Positions 42,315 to 52,128 are shown, counted from the stretch's first letter. The stretch is DNA of 64,000 nt from an uncultured Verrucomicrobiae bacterium (GCA_963836755.1 CAWIKF010000002.1:320001-384000), one strand, 5' to 3'. Notes: generated by a model not told the origin, from the sequence alone. Numbers and translations are program-made.

Positions 42315-42910
42315 TACTTCACGCTGCAGCCGTAGGGCCGACTAGTGGGAGTGGTCACCGGTTTGCCGGCGATTGACTCGTCGAGCGCGGCTTTCACGTA
42401 ATTTGTCGCGGTGGCAATGTCGGCCTTGTCGGGCGTCGGTTTGTCGTCGATGCCGCCGTCGTAAATCAATTTCCCATCGGGATTGATGACATACATGTCG
42501 GGCGTCGTCTTCGCGTCATACTCGTGGCCGACCTTGCCGGTCGGGTCGAGGAGATACGCGGTCGGCTCGGCATGTTTCTGCGAGAGCATTTCCTTCATTT
42601 TTTCCGGCGGATAATTGCCCTGACGTCCCGGCGCGGCGGAGTTGATTGTCAGCCATACCGCGCCCTTCCCGCGCGCTTCCTCCTGCGTTTTTTGCATGTT
42701 ACCGGAATCGTAATGCTTGTGCACGAACGGGCAGTCGGGATTGTTCCACTCGAGCACCACGTATTTGCCTTTGTAGTCGGACAGCGAATGCGGCTTACCG
42801 CTGAGATCGTTGAGGGTGAAATCCGGCGCGGGTTTGCCGATTTCCGCCGCGGCGAAAAGCAATGACGAAGTTGCAGCCAACGCTGCGAGGGAGAATGCGA
42901 ATTTTTTCAT
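42311..42910 (-). CDS. Secreted redoxin (AhpC/TSA, thioredoxin-fold) protein
   Basis: Signal peptide; APDFTL, WNNPDCPFV, AKTTP, YDGGID, YGCSVKY. Confidence 0.85.
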   Translation of the reverse strand: MKKFAFSLAALAATSSLLFAAAEIGKPAPDFTLNDLSGKPHSLSDYKGKYVVLEWNNPDCPFVHKHYDSGNMQKTQEEARGKGAVWLTINSAAPGRQGNYPPEKMKEMLSQKHAEPTAYLLDPTGKVGHEYDAKTTPDMYVINPDGKLIYDGGIDDKPTPDKADIATATNYVKAALDESIAGKPVTTPTSRPYGCSVKY

Positions 42911-42964
42911 AGGTCGTGTTTGGATTGAACCTCGCTCCAGGCGATTGGTTGTGTCAAATCGAAC

Positions 42965-43384
42965 TCAACCCGGGATCGTAACCATCCAGCCGATTCCAAA
43001 TCGATCGGCGACCATGCCAAAGCAGGGCGACCAGAATGTTTTCGCGAGCGGCATTCGCACCCTGCCCCCTTCCGCGAGCGCGGCAAAAGCATGGTTCGCC
43101 TCATCTTCCGTCGGCAGTGTGAGCGAAAGCGAAAAGCCCTCGAAGCCGGGCACGTCGCCGCAGCCATCCGACGCCATGAGCGTGTTTTCGCCGAGGCGAA
43201 AGGACGCGTGCATGATTTTGTTTTCAAGTCCTGGGGCGAGCATTCCTTCCGGTGGCGGCTCGGGCGCTTCGCTGTAGCGCATGAGCATGTCGATTTCCGC
43301 GCCGAGCGCGCGTTTGTAAAATTCCAGCGCTTCCTCGCAACGGCCGCCAAAGAAGAGATAAGGTTGAACCAGTCCGATTTTCAT
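42965..43384 (-). CDS. PhnB-like VOC family protein
   Basis: QPYLFFGGRCEEALEFY, IMHASF, LMASD, TFWSPCFGMVADRFGIGWMV. Confidence 0.9.
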   Translation of the reverse strand: MKIGLVQPYLFFGGRCEEALEFYKRALGAEIDMLMRYSEAPEPPPEGMLAPGLENKIMHASFRLGENTLMASDGCGDVPGFEGFSLSLTLPTEDEANHAFAALAEGGRVRMPLAKTFWSPCFGMVADRFGIGWMVTIPG

Positions 43385-43531
43385 AGCTTTCAAAGTTTCG
43401 TTTCCTGCCCGAACGTATGGCGCCCAACCAAACTCGCGGCAAGCTTTTTGGCACAGCTGCGCGACAAAATAGAACTCGCTAAAACGGAGGTGGCGACATA
43501 GAAAAAATCCGCTTCACACTTCCCCCGCTGG

Positions 43532-44605
43532 ATGAAACCAAAATTTGTATTCGCCGTAGCATGCTATCTTTTATGCATCGGCGGAGCATTGTGGTTGGGT
43601 AAGGGTAAAAGTTTGCAGCCGGGCGTGAAGGAGCGCCGTGCGCCACTCATCGGCCTTTCTCTCGATACCTTGAAAGAAGAGCGGTGGCAGGCGGATCGCA
43701 ACGTATTTGAAAAGCGTGCAAACGACCTTGGCGCGCAACTTTTAGTCCAGTCGGCGAATAGCGACGACACGCGGCAGGTCGCGGATGTGCAGGCGTTGAT
43801 CAGCCGTCGTGTCGACGTCCTTGTGATAGTCCCACACAACGGCGCGGCGATGGCGACCGCCGTGAACATGGCTCATGAAGCGGGCATTCCAGTGCTTTCT
43901 TACGACCGGCTTATCACCGGCTGCGACGTCGACCTCTACATGACTTTTGACAACGTAAAAGTCGGTGAGCTACAGGCCAAATACGCGGTCGATAATGTCA
44001 CGAATCGTCCCATGAGGATTGTGCGCATCTATGGTTCAAAAACGGATCACAACGCCGTTCTTTTCAAGGAAGGTCAGGACAAGGTGTTGGAACCGCTCAT
44101 AAAGACTGGGCAGGTTCAGGTAGTCCAGGAAGACTGGGCCGAAGATTGGCGGCCGGAGAACGCAAAGAAAATCACCAACGCCGCGATTACAAAAGCGGGC
44201 CATAACATTGACGCCATCGTCGCTTCCAATGACGGCACGGCCGGCGGAGCCATCCAGGCGCTTACGGAAGAAGGACTTGCCGGGAAGGTCTTGGTGACAG
44301 GACAAGATGCGGAGCTAGCCGCCAGCCAGCGCATTGTAAACGGCACCCAGGCCATGACTATTTACAAACCTGTCTCGAAACTGGCAGTCCAAGCCGCGGA
44401 AGCTGCGGTGAAAATGGCTGAAGGCAAATCCGTATTCACATCCAGCTCGATCGACAATGGCCAGGTGCAGGTGCCATCCATTCTACTGAACGTCATCGTC
44501 GTGACAAAGGAGAATATGATGGAGACTGTTGTCAAAGATGGCTTTCACAAACCATCGGAAATCTACCAGGGAATGGCCATTCCTGCAGCGAGTTCATCGC
44601 AATAA
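43532..44605 (+). CDS. xylF: Xylose-type sugar ABC substrate-binding protein, copy 1
   Basis: EERWQADR, YDRLI, FDNVKVGELQA, NDGTAGG, VTGQDA, TIYKP. Confidence 0.75.
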   Translation: MKPKFVFAVACYLLCIGGALWLGKGKSLQPGVKERRAPLIGLSLDTLKEERWQADRNVFEKRANDLGAQLLVQSANSDDTRQVADVQALISRRVDVLVIVPHNGAAMATAVNMAHEAGIPVLSYDRLITGCDVDLYMTFDNVKVGELQAKYAVDNVTNRPMRIVRIYGSKTDHNAVLFKEGQDKVLEPLIKTGQVQVVQEDWAEDWRPENAKKITNAAITKAGHNIDAIVASNDGTAGGAIQALTEEGLAGKVLVTGQDAELAASQRIVNGTQAMTIYKPVSKLAVQAAEAAVKMAEGKSVFTSSSIDNGQVQVPSILLNVIVVTKENMMETVVKDGFHKPSEIYQGMAIPAASSSQ

Positions 44606-44608
44606 CCT

Positions 44609-45703
44609 ATGAGCCCCGCAAGCAAGTCGAAACTCATCCTTGTAGTAGTATCGATCATCGTCAGCGTCCTGACCGGAGTAGTCCTTTGGCGAGGCCCCGG
44701 CGTGGCTTTGACGAATCATGGACGGCGCGCTCCTTTGATAGGTCTCTCGCTGGACACACTCGCCGGAGCCCGCTGGCAGGCTGATCGTGATCTTTTTGTG
44801 AAACGCGCGAAGGAGCTTGGCGCAGACGTTCTAGTTCAGTCTGCAAATAGTGATGATACACGCCAGATTAGCGATGTGGAAGCTCTCATCAGCCGCCGCG
44901 TGGATGTGTTGGTGATAGTCCCACACGATGGCGCCGCAATGGCCAAGGCAGTGAACATGGCGCATGACGCTAAGATTCCAGTGCTGGCTTATGACCGCCT
45001 GGTCACCGATTGCGATCTCGATCTCTATGTCACCTTTGACAACGTCAAAGTAGGCGAACTACAAGCTCAGTTCATCGTAGATCATCTAAAGGATCACCTT
45101 CCCATCCGCATCGTGCGAGTGCTGGGCTCCAAGACCGACCACAACGCGCTCTTATTCAAAGAAGGTCAGGACAAAGTTCTCGATCCTCTCATTGCAAAAG
45201 GCGATGTGAAAATCGTTCACGAAGACTGGGCTGAGAGCTGGCGGCCGGAGAATGCGAAGAAGATCACCAATGCCGCAATAACGAAGGTCGGTTCAAACTT
45301 TGATGCCATACTGGATTCCTACGATGGCACCGCTGGCGGAGATATTCAGGCACTTACCGAGGAAGGCCTTGCGGGAAAGATCCTCGTCACAGGCCAGGAT
45401 GCGGATCTTGCCGGATGCCAACGCATCGTCAATGGCACACAAAGCATGACTATCTACAAGCCGTTGAAGAAACTGGCGACGCTCGGTGCGGAAGTCGCAG
45501 TGAAGCTGGCTCGTGGCCGGCCCATTGCGACGACTGCCACCATCGACAATGGAAAGGCCAAAGTCCCAACTATCCTTCTCGACGTCGAGTTGGTCACAAA
45601 GGCGAACATGATGGACACGGTCATCAAGGACGGCTTTCACAAAGCCTCGGAAGTTTACCAAGGAACAGCTACAACTTCGCCGCAACCTGCCAATGCGCAA
45701 TGA
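44609..45703 (+). CDS. xylF: Xylose-type sugar ABC substrate-binding protein, copy 2 (altered binding residues)
   Basis: Close paralogue of upstream gene; LAGARWQADR and DSYDGTAGG replace LKEERWQADR and ASNDGTAGG. Confidence 0.7.
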   Translation: MSPASKSKLILVVVSIIVSVLTGVVLWRGPGVALTNHGRRAPLIGLSLDTLAGARWQADRDLFVKRAKELGADVLVQSANSDDTRQISDVEALISRRVDVLVIVPHDGAAMAKAVNMAHDAKIPVLAYDRLVTDCDLDLYVTFDNVKVGELQAQFIVDHLKDHLPIRIVRVLGSKTDHNALLFKEGQDKVLDPLIAKGDVKIVHEDWAESWRPENAKKITNAAITKVGSNFDAILDSYDGTAGGDIQALTEEGLAGKILVTGQDADLAGCQRIVNGTQSMTIYKPLKKLATLGAEVAVKLARGRPIATTATIDNGKAKVPTILLDVELVTKANMMDTVIKDGFHKASEVYQGTATTSPQPANAQ

Positions 45704-47235
45704 GCACGGTCGTTCTCGAAGCTAGAAAGATCGTCAAGAAGTTTCCTGGCGTCATTGCGCTGAAGAACGTCAGCTTTGACTTGCGGAAAGGAGAAATCCA
45801 CGCCATCTGCGGAGAGAATGGCGCCGGTAAATCGACGCTCATCAAGCTACTTTCCGGCCTTCATCCTTACGGGTCTTATGAAGGAGAGTTAGTGATCGAT
45901 GGCAAGCCGGCACACTTCCGCTCATTAGCTGATGCGGAGAACGCGGGCATTGCAGTCATTTATCAAGAGCTGGCGCTGGTCAATGAAATGACCGTAGCCG
46001 AAAACATTTTTCTCGGCGGCGAACCGCGCACGCCTCTTGGCATGATTGACTGGCACAAGGTCTATCGCGACGCGCGCGTTCTACTCGACCGTTTCAAGGT
46101 CGACATTGATCCCGCGGCACAGGTTATCAAGCTAGGGGTGGGGCAAAAGCAGCTGGTTGAGATCGTGAAGGCTTTGTCCAAGAATTCGCGCATCCTCATT
46201 CTCGATGAACCGACAGCGGCGCTCGCGGAGCACGAAGTTCTCATCTTGCTGGACATCGTCCGTGAGTTGCGAAAGGAAGGGATCTCGAGCATCTACATCT
46301 CACACAAGCTCGATGAAGTTTTTGCAATCAGTGACCGCATTACTGTCATCAGAGATGGTGAATCGATCGTCACTCTCGATGCGCAAAAGACGAACAAGGC
46401 GGAAGTGATTAAACAGATGGTTGGACGCGAGATTGCCGACCTTTTTCCGCGCCGGCCGAGCAAGCCCGCTGAACCGGTGCTGGAAGTAAAGGATCTAAGT
46501 GTCGCCAACCCACACACTGGAGAAAAGTTTCTAAAGGAGATCAACTTTACTTTGCGCGCGGGTGAAGTCCTCGGCATCGGTGGATTAATGGGCGCGGGGC
46601 GCACGGAGTTATTGATGCATCTTTTCGGCGCGTGGGGTGAAAGGCTTTTTGGGAGAGTTAGTTTAAATGGAAATGAAATACAGGCGGGCAAACCGCACCA
46701 GATCATCCGGCGCGGCATGGTGCTGGTGAGCGAAGATCGCCGCCGCTACGGCCTTATCCTCGAAAAAAGCATCTCCTTTAATATGTCGCTCTCATCGCTG
46801 GCTCGTCTCACGAGCAGCAACTTTCTTATCGACCAAAGGCGAGAGCATGGGCGCAATGATGAGTTCTTCTCCTCGTTGCGCGTAAAAGCTCCTTCGATGA
46901 ATTACATCGTCGGGAAGCTCTCGGGCGGGAACCAGCAAAAGGTCGTGTTAGGTAAAGCCTTGATGACTGAGCCAAAGGTCATCTTTCTCGATGAACCGAC
47001 GCGCGGCATCGATGTCGGCGCGAAGCTGGAAATTTACGAGATCATCAACAAGCTCACCGAGAGTGGACAAGCCGTGGTGCTGGTGTCGAGCGAACTGCCG
47101 GAGCTGATCGGCATGAGCGATAGGATCCTGATGTTGCACGAAGGAGTGATCGGCGGCGAATTCACTCGGGCCGAAGCGACGCAGGAGCGGTTGATGGCGG
47201 CGGCGATGGGACAGCAGCAGGTGGAACTGGCATGA
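45700..47235 (+). CDS. xylG: Sugar ABC transporter ATP-binding protein (two ATPase domains)
   Basis: GENGAGKSTL, YGSYEGE, LDEPTA, LSGGNQQK, DEPTRGIDVGAK. Confidence 0.8.
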   Translation: MSTVVLEARKIVKKFPGVIALKNVSFDLRKGEIHAICGENGAGKSTLIKLLSGLHPYGSYEGELVIDGKPAHFRSLADAENAGIAVIYQELALVNEMTVAENIFLGGEPRTPLGMIDWHKVYRDARVLLDRFKVDIDPAAQVIKLGVGQKQLVEIVKALSKNSRILILDEPTAALAEHEVLILLDIVRELRKEGISSIYISHKLDEVFAISDRITVIRDGESIVTLDAQKTNKAEVIKQMVGREIADLFPRRPSKPAEPVLEVKDLSVANPHTGEKFLKEINFTLRAGEVLGIGGLMGAGRTELLMHLFGAWGERLFGRVSLNGNEIQAGKPHQIIRRGMVLVSEDRRRYGLILEKSISFNMSLSSLARLTSSNFLIDQRREHGRNDEFFSSLRVKAPSMNYIVGKLSGGNQQKVVLGKALMTEPKVIFLDEPTRGIDVGAKLEIYEIINKLTESGQAVVLVSSELPELIGMSDRILMLHEGVIGGEFTRAEATQERLMAAAMGQQQVELA

Positions 47236-47269
47236 CTGTCCGAACTTTGACTTCAGACCTATCGCCTCT

Positions 47270-48400
47270 ATGCAGTCAAAACTAACTCCCCGCGATTTTT
47301 CCATAGCTCTCGCGCTTCTCGCGATCTGCGGCTTCTTTGCCTTTAAGTCTCCGGACTTTCTAGGACCGCGGAATCTTTCCTTGCTCATGACGGAGCTGGC
47401 GATCACGGCGACACTCGCGATGGGAATGCTGCTGGTTATCCTGCCAGGACATATCGATCTCTCGGCTGGCAGCGGTGTCGGATTGCTCGGTGGCATCGCG
47501 AGCGTTTTGATCTTTGAACATGCGTGGCCGGCTCCGGCCGCAATGGCGATCGCTTTTGTCGCAGGCCTTGTCATTTGGGGTTCGATGGGCGCGCTCATTG
47601 TCCATGAAAGGATTCCCTCCTTCATCATCACGTTGGGCGGGCTGCTTGTTTTCAAAGGCTTGTTCTGGCTCGTGATTCACAATGCAACAATTCCCGTCGT
47701 GCTCGGCGGCCAGACCAATCTCTACTCGCTCCTCACCACGTTTTACTTTCCGCCGAAAATCGGCTACCTACTCGCCATCATCATCGTTTCGGCGCTCATC
47801 ACCGCGAGCCTCAGCGCGCGGAAGGCGCGCCAGCAATACGGCGTGCATACCGAGGATGGCGAAACGAGTTTCCTGAAGCTCTTCCTGGCCGCACAGTTGG
47901 TCTTTCTCTTCGTGATAGTGACGAACCAATTCCGCGGCGTCCCGCTCCCCGCTGTCATCCTCGGAGCTGTCGCCTTCATCGTCCATGTGCTGACAACGCA
48001 CACACCTTTCGGTCGCTACCTTTACGCCATCGGCGGCAACGAAGAAGCCGCTGTCATCTCCGGCATCCCTGTGGAAAAGGTCGTCATCGGCGCCTTCACA
48101 TTAATGGGTGCCATCGTTGCCATCACTGGCTTCATGCAGACTGCTTATGCCGGCGCCTCCACCACCACGGTCGGCGAACTCATGGAGCTCGACGCTATCG
48201 CCGCCTGCGTCATCGGCGGCGTCAGCTTGAAAGGCGGGCGCGGCACGGTCATGGGAGTGTTTTTTGGCGCGCTGCTCATGGCGGTCCTGCTCAACGGCAT
48301 GACTCTTCTCGCAGTTTCACCGGAGTTTAAGCTCATCGCCCGCGGCACCATCCTGGCACTCGCCGTTTGGATGGATGTGCGCCTTGCGCGCACCGCTTAA
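47270..48400 (+). CDS. xylH: Sugar ABC transporter permease
   Basis: HIDLSAGS, IPSFIITLGG, FGRYLYAIGGNEEAA, ELDAIAACVIGG. Confidence 0.78.
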   Translation: MQSKLTPRDFSIALALLAICGFFAFKSPDFLGPRNLSLLMTELAITATLAMGMLLVILPGHIDLSAGSGVGLLGGIASVLIFEHAWPAPAAMAIAFVAGLVIWGSMGALIVHERIPSFIITLGGLLVFKGLFWLVIHNATIPVVLGGQTNLYSLLTTFYFPPKIGYLLAIIIVSALITASLSARKARQQYGVHTEDGETSFLKLFLAAQLVFLFVIVTNQFRGVPLPAVILGAVAFIVHVLTTHTPFGRYLYAIGGNEEAAVISGIPVEKVVIGAFTLMGAIVAITGFMQTAYAGASTTTVGELMELDAIAACVIGGVSLKGGRGTVMGVFFGALLMAVLLNGMTLLAVSPEFKLIARGTILALAVWMDVRLARTA

Positions 48401-48525
48401 GGTTTTACAAGCATCGCCCGCGATCGCGCAACAATTTCGGCTCGGCGGTGCACGATCCCTATTTGACCTATCTCCGATAGCAATTAAGAAAAGCACGAAA
48501 GCGCACTTGCGCAGCGGAGTAGAAA

Positions 48526-48568
48526 GCCAGTATGGCGAAATTGGCAGACGCGCCAGACTTAGGATTGG
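48526..48568 (+). pseudogene. Orphan 5' half of tRNA-Leu(TAG), probable att junction
   Basis: GCCAGTATGGCGAAATTGGCAGACGCGCCAGACTTAGGAT: acceptor 5' strand, D arm and anticodon loop; no variable arm, T arm or complementary 3' strand follows. Confidence 0.75.
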
Positions 48569-48684
48569 TTTTTTGCCGCTTTCAAGACGTTGCTTCAAAT
48601 GCCATCGAATCAAGCACCAGACAGGGTTTCAGGTCGATTCTCGCTCCAAACGCGGTTGTCAAAAGACCCCTCAGAAAACGGCGC

Positions 48685-48706
48685 ATTCTAGCACAATTCT
48701 AGCACG
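48685..48706 (+). repeat. 11-bp tandem direct repeat ATTCTAGCACA/ATTCTAGCACG, possible integrase arm-type sites
   Basis: Seen directly ~120 bp downstream of the tRNA half; function inferred. Confidence 0.5.
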
Positions 48707-49174
48707 AACTTTCTCGGACGATCCGGCTACGTGCGAAATGTCCGCCTGAACTCGTGCGCTGAGGACGGGCCGTATTGGAACGCCGATGTTAGGCACGCCG
48801 CTCACGCCGGGATCGCCGACCATTTAAGCTCTTGCCTAGTCTGCGTGTGCACGTAGCTGGCGCTGCTCAAGCTTCAGCCAGGCAGCCCGATTGTCGAACA
48901 CGGCATTTGCCCTGCTATCCTTCCTGAATTTGCGGCGGACTATCTCGGAGAATTGCCGTGGCTCAAATCCTACCGCCGAAAAATTGGCTTTGTCTGGCAT
49001 CAGCGACTTTCCGATACAGGCCCCGCCGTTGCAAGGGTGCTTAACGCGCTGCTTTCAATTCAACTGCACAATCGAAATTGAGCCTTAAGTTGTGCAACGA
49101 GAGCCGTAGCAAAGGATCGATGGTGGCAATATACGGAGTTATCGCAAGCCAATGACTGCCACGAGAGCCGCTCG

Positions 49175-49339
49175 CTACATGCCGAAAGGTGAGAACATCC
49201 GGACGTGTCCCCATTTCCGCACGGAATCAGCGATCTGCCCGCGCTCGAATATTTCCATATCGAATCCCCGCGCCGTCGCCGCGAGCGCGGCCTCGAGCCC
49301 GATGGGGCCGGCGCCGATGATTGCGATTCTTTTTTTCAT
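49175..49339 (-). pseudogene. N-terminal stub of FAD-dependent oxidoreductase/monooxygenase
   Basis: IAIIGAGPIGLEAA...FERG...WGHVRMFSPF then TAG after 54 codons. Confidence 0.75.
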
Positions 49340-49476
49340 GAAAACTGACGCAGCCGACCACGGCTCTGCGCTGGTTGCAAGTAATTCGCAGATCGAATCA
49401 TCGTGCCTGCATCCCACACCGCGCAATGTTTCGTATCATGGCTAATGGTCATTGCATGGCAACCGCTGCGGCGCAC

Positions 49477-49740
49477 CTCATGGAAGATGTGGAATTTTCC
49501 CGTCGACTCCGACGGAGTGGAAAAATCGTCATGCTTGATCCACCGATGCGGACGTCGCCGCGACGGCACATCGAGCAGGGAGCATGGAAAGTCACGCTGC
49601 GAAACACATTTTTTCTCGCGATGTTTCATTGCGGTCTTTCCCCCGCGCGCTTGCATCGCAGCTATTACGCCGGGACTTTCCGCGAGCGCGCCTTGCCATT
49701 ACCAGCCGGTGTGGCCGTGGACGGAACCGCCGCGACCTAA
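49477..49740 (+). pseudogene. C-terminal remnant of TIGR04283-type GT2 glycosyltransferase
   Basis: LMEDVEFSRRLRRSG...TSPRR...GAWKVTLRN...GLSPARLHRSYY; stop 8 nt before the radical SAM start; N-terminal GT-A domain absent. Confidence 0.7.
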
Positions 49741-49748
49741 TTAACTTC

Positions 49749-51191
49749 ATGAACACGCACTTGACCAAAACCGAAATCTGGCGACGGCGCTGGCATGCTT
49801 TCAAAAACCCAATCTCGGGCGAAAAGGCGGAAATCTTGAAGCAGCGATGGGCTTCGCTGCCGCGAGAACTGCAGACACCGAATCAAATCTCCGGCCGCCA
49901 TCTCACGCACTGCGGTTTTATCCTGGGAGCGAGCTACTGCTCCTTTCACTGCACTCACTGCTATCTCCCGAAAAACGCTAACCGCGTGCCCATTCCATCG
50001 TTGAAGGATGTGAAAGAACAGATCGACGCGAACCGTCACTTCCAAGGTCCTGGCGGCGGCCTGCAAATCACCGGCGGCGATGTGGCCGATGCCTACTGGC
50101 GCGCCGGCCGAGCTGGTGAGCTGGTCGAGATCATCAAGTATGCATATCACGCGGGATTAGTGCCGATGTTAATGACGCACGGGCAGACCTTAATCGAGCA
50201 ACCCGAGTTTTTGGAAAGACTGGTTGTCGAAGGCGGCTTGCGCCAAATCTCCGTCCACATCGACCTCACGCAAGCAGGCCGGCACGGGTATCCGATCAAT
50301 CGAGTCGAAAGCGAAGCGGATCTCCATCCCGTTCGGGAAGCTTTCACCAAGCTAGCGCAGGATTTACGCAAAAAAACAGGACTTCCACTGGAATACGCAC
50401 TGAGTTTTACCGTGACCCGCAAAAACATCAAGGATGTGCCGGAGGTCATTCGATGGTATCTCGCCGATCCGGAACGCACATGCATCTGGCGCATGCTCAG
50501 TTTTCAACCAGAGGCTGATACCGGACGCACTGTTTTTTCCGAGAATCCCGTGAACCCACAAATCGTCTGGCAAAAAATATGCGAAGGCACTGGCTACGAA
50601 CTGGAGCAGGATGGGACCTTTTTTGGACATCCGGATTGCAATAGCTGGGCTTCCATTTTGGTTTCACGCAGAACGGGCAGAACCATCGCGCTTCTGCCTA
50701 CCGACAAGGTAACCAAGCGCCTGCTAGGACAGGTCCTCGCCAGCATCGGCGGCCTTTCCCTCATCACGGATGATGCCGGGACGGCGCCTTGGAGACTTAT
50801 AGGTGTGCTAGCCCATAACCCCATGCTCGCCGCTCGCACCCTGGCTCATCTATGCTCGCTGGTGATCTCTAACAGGCTTCCGTTCGAGATGATGAAAGAT
50901 CTTCTCACCGGCCACGCACATACGCTCGGTGTAGGCACTCACAACTTCATGGACGCCGCTACTGTCGCCCGCGCGGATTCTGACCCAGTAGTCCGCGCGC
51001 GGCTGGATGCATGTGTTTTCAAGGGAGCCGTAAAAGAGAATGGCGAATGGAAAGCTACTCCCATGTGCCAGATGAATGAAAGGAAGTGGTCGCAGGTTTA
51101 CGAGGAACGCCTCAACGATCCTGCCTTGGTTTTTGAAAAACAGATACAGGAGGCATCTGACCTACAAGAAACTTTAGCTCCGCATGGATAA
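49749..51191 (+). CDS. Radical SAM protein (MJ0619/Tes-like C-terminal motifs)
   Basis: CSFHCTHC, QITGGD, SFQP...GR, GHPDC, HNFMD, RLDAC, PMC..N. Confidence 0.85.
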   Translation: MNTHLTKTEIWRRRWHAFKNPISGEKAEILKQRWASLPRELQTPNQISGRHLTHCGFILGASYCSFHCTHCYLPKNANRVPIPSLKDVKEQIDANRHFQGPGGGLQITGGDVADAYWRAGRAGELVEIIKYAYHAGLVPMLMTHGQTLIEQPEFLERLVVEGGLRQISVHIDLTQAGRHGYPINRVESEADLHPVREAFTKLAQDLRKKTGLPLEYALSFTVTRKNIKDVPEVIRWYLADPERTCIWRMLSFQPEADTGRTVFSENPVNPQIVWQKICEGTGYELEQDGTFFGHPDCNSWASILVSRRTGRTIALLPTDKVTKRLLGQVLASIGGLSLITDDAGTAPWRLIGVLAHNPMLAARTLAHLCSLVISNRLPFEMMKDLLTGHAHTLGVGTHNFMDAATVARADSDPVVRARLDACVFKGAVKENGEWKATPMCQMNERKWSQVYEERLNDPALVFEKQIQEASDLQETLAPHG

Positions 51192-52128
51192 GCCGCTTAG
51201 CTTTCCCTACCTTCCGCTGACGGCGCTGGACACACTTTGGTTTCAAATCTCAGGAACACTTTGCAACCTCCGCTGCCATCATTGCTTTATCTCATGCGCG
51301 CCTGACAATCACGCCTTTGGACTGATGAAGTCCACGCAGTTCAAACCTTACCTCGAAGAATCCGTAAAGCTCGGCGTAAAAGAGTATTACTTCACGGGCG
51401 GAGAGCCATTCATCAATCCGGACATCCTGGAAATTTTGGAAGCTACCCTTGCTGTAGGCCCGGCAACTGTCCTTACAAATGCGACAAGGCTCTCGATGGA
51501 AAAAGTTGCGAGCCTGGCGCGGATTCGCAATGCATCGCGCTACTCATTGGAAATCCGGGTAAGTATCGACGGATTCTCTCCAGCTACAAATGATCCGATC
51601 CGCGGAGAAGGAACGTTTGATGCGGCAATGGCTGGAGTAAAGCTCCTCGTCGAACACGGGTTTTTACCGATCATCACCTCGATGCGCTCCTGGCCAATGG
51701 AAAATGACGAGGAATTTCTCATGGAATTCAAGAACCGCCTTTTCGCAATAGGCTACACTCGGCCGCGGATGAAACTTTTACCGTCATTGAAAATCGGCGA
51801 GGAAGCCGGGCGGGATCATGGCTATGAAAAGTTCGATTGGGTGACCGACGAAATGATGGCTGGATATGATGTAAATCAATTGCTTTGCCATAACAGCCGC
51901 ATCGTGAGCGACCGCGGGGTCCATGTCTGCCCAATCCTTGTGGATCAACCGCGAGCGAGACTGGGCGCAACTCTGCAAGACGCTTTCAAAGGCTACCATC
52001 TCAGCCATCAGGCATGTTCCACCTGCTACAAGTTTGGCGCGCTTTGCTCCAATGTCGGCTCCCGTCCGGTGGAATCAATGAAGACTCATGCTACGCCTCA
52101 GCGTTTCGAGGCATCAGCGATATCGTAG
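51184..52128 (+). CDS. Radical SAM protein with C-terminal Cys cluster
   Basis: TLWFQISGTLCNLRCHHC, FTGGEPF, LTN, RVSIDG, LLC...VCP...CSTC...LC; overlaps upstream gene by 8 nt. Confidence 0.9.
   Translation: MDKPLSFPYLPLTALDTLWFQISGTLCNLRCHHCFISCAPDNHAFGLMKSTQFKPYLEESVKLGVKEYYFTGGEPFINPDILEILEATLAVGPATVLTNATRLSMEKVASLARIRNASRYSLEIRVSIDGFSPATNDPIRGEGTFDAAMAGVKLLVEHGFLPIITSMRSWPMENDEEFLMEFKNRLFAIGYTRPRMKLLPSLKIGEEAGRDHGYEKFDWVTDEMMAGYDVNQLLCHNSRIVSDRGVHVCPILVDQPRARLGATLQDAFKGYHLSHQACSTCYKFGALCSNVGSRPVESMKTHATPQRFEASAIS

Noticed and set aside
48526..48720. Intron-containing intact tRNA-Leu
   Set aside because: I could not find a T arm with a complementary acceptor 3' strand downstream, nor group I core motifs
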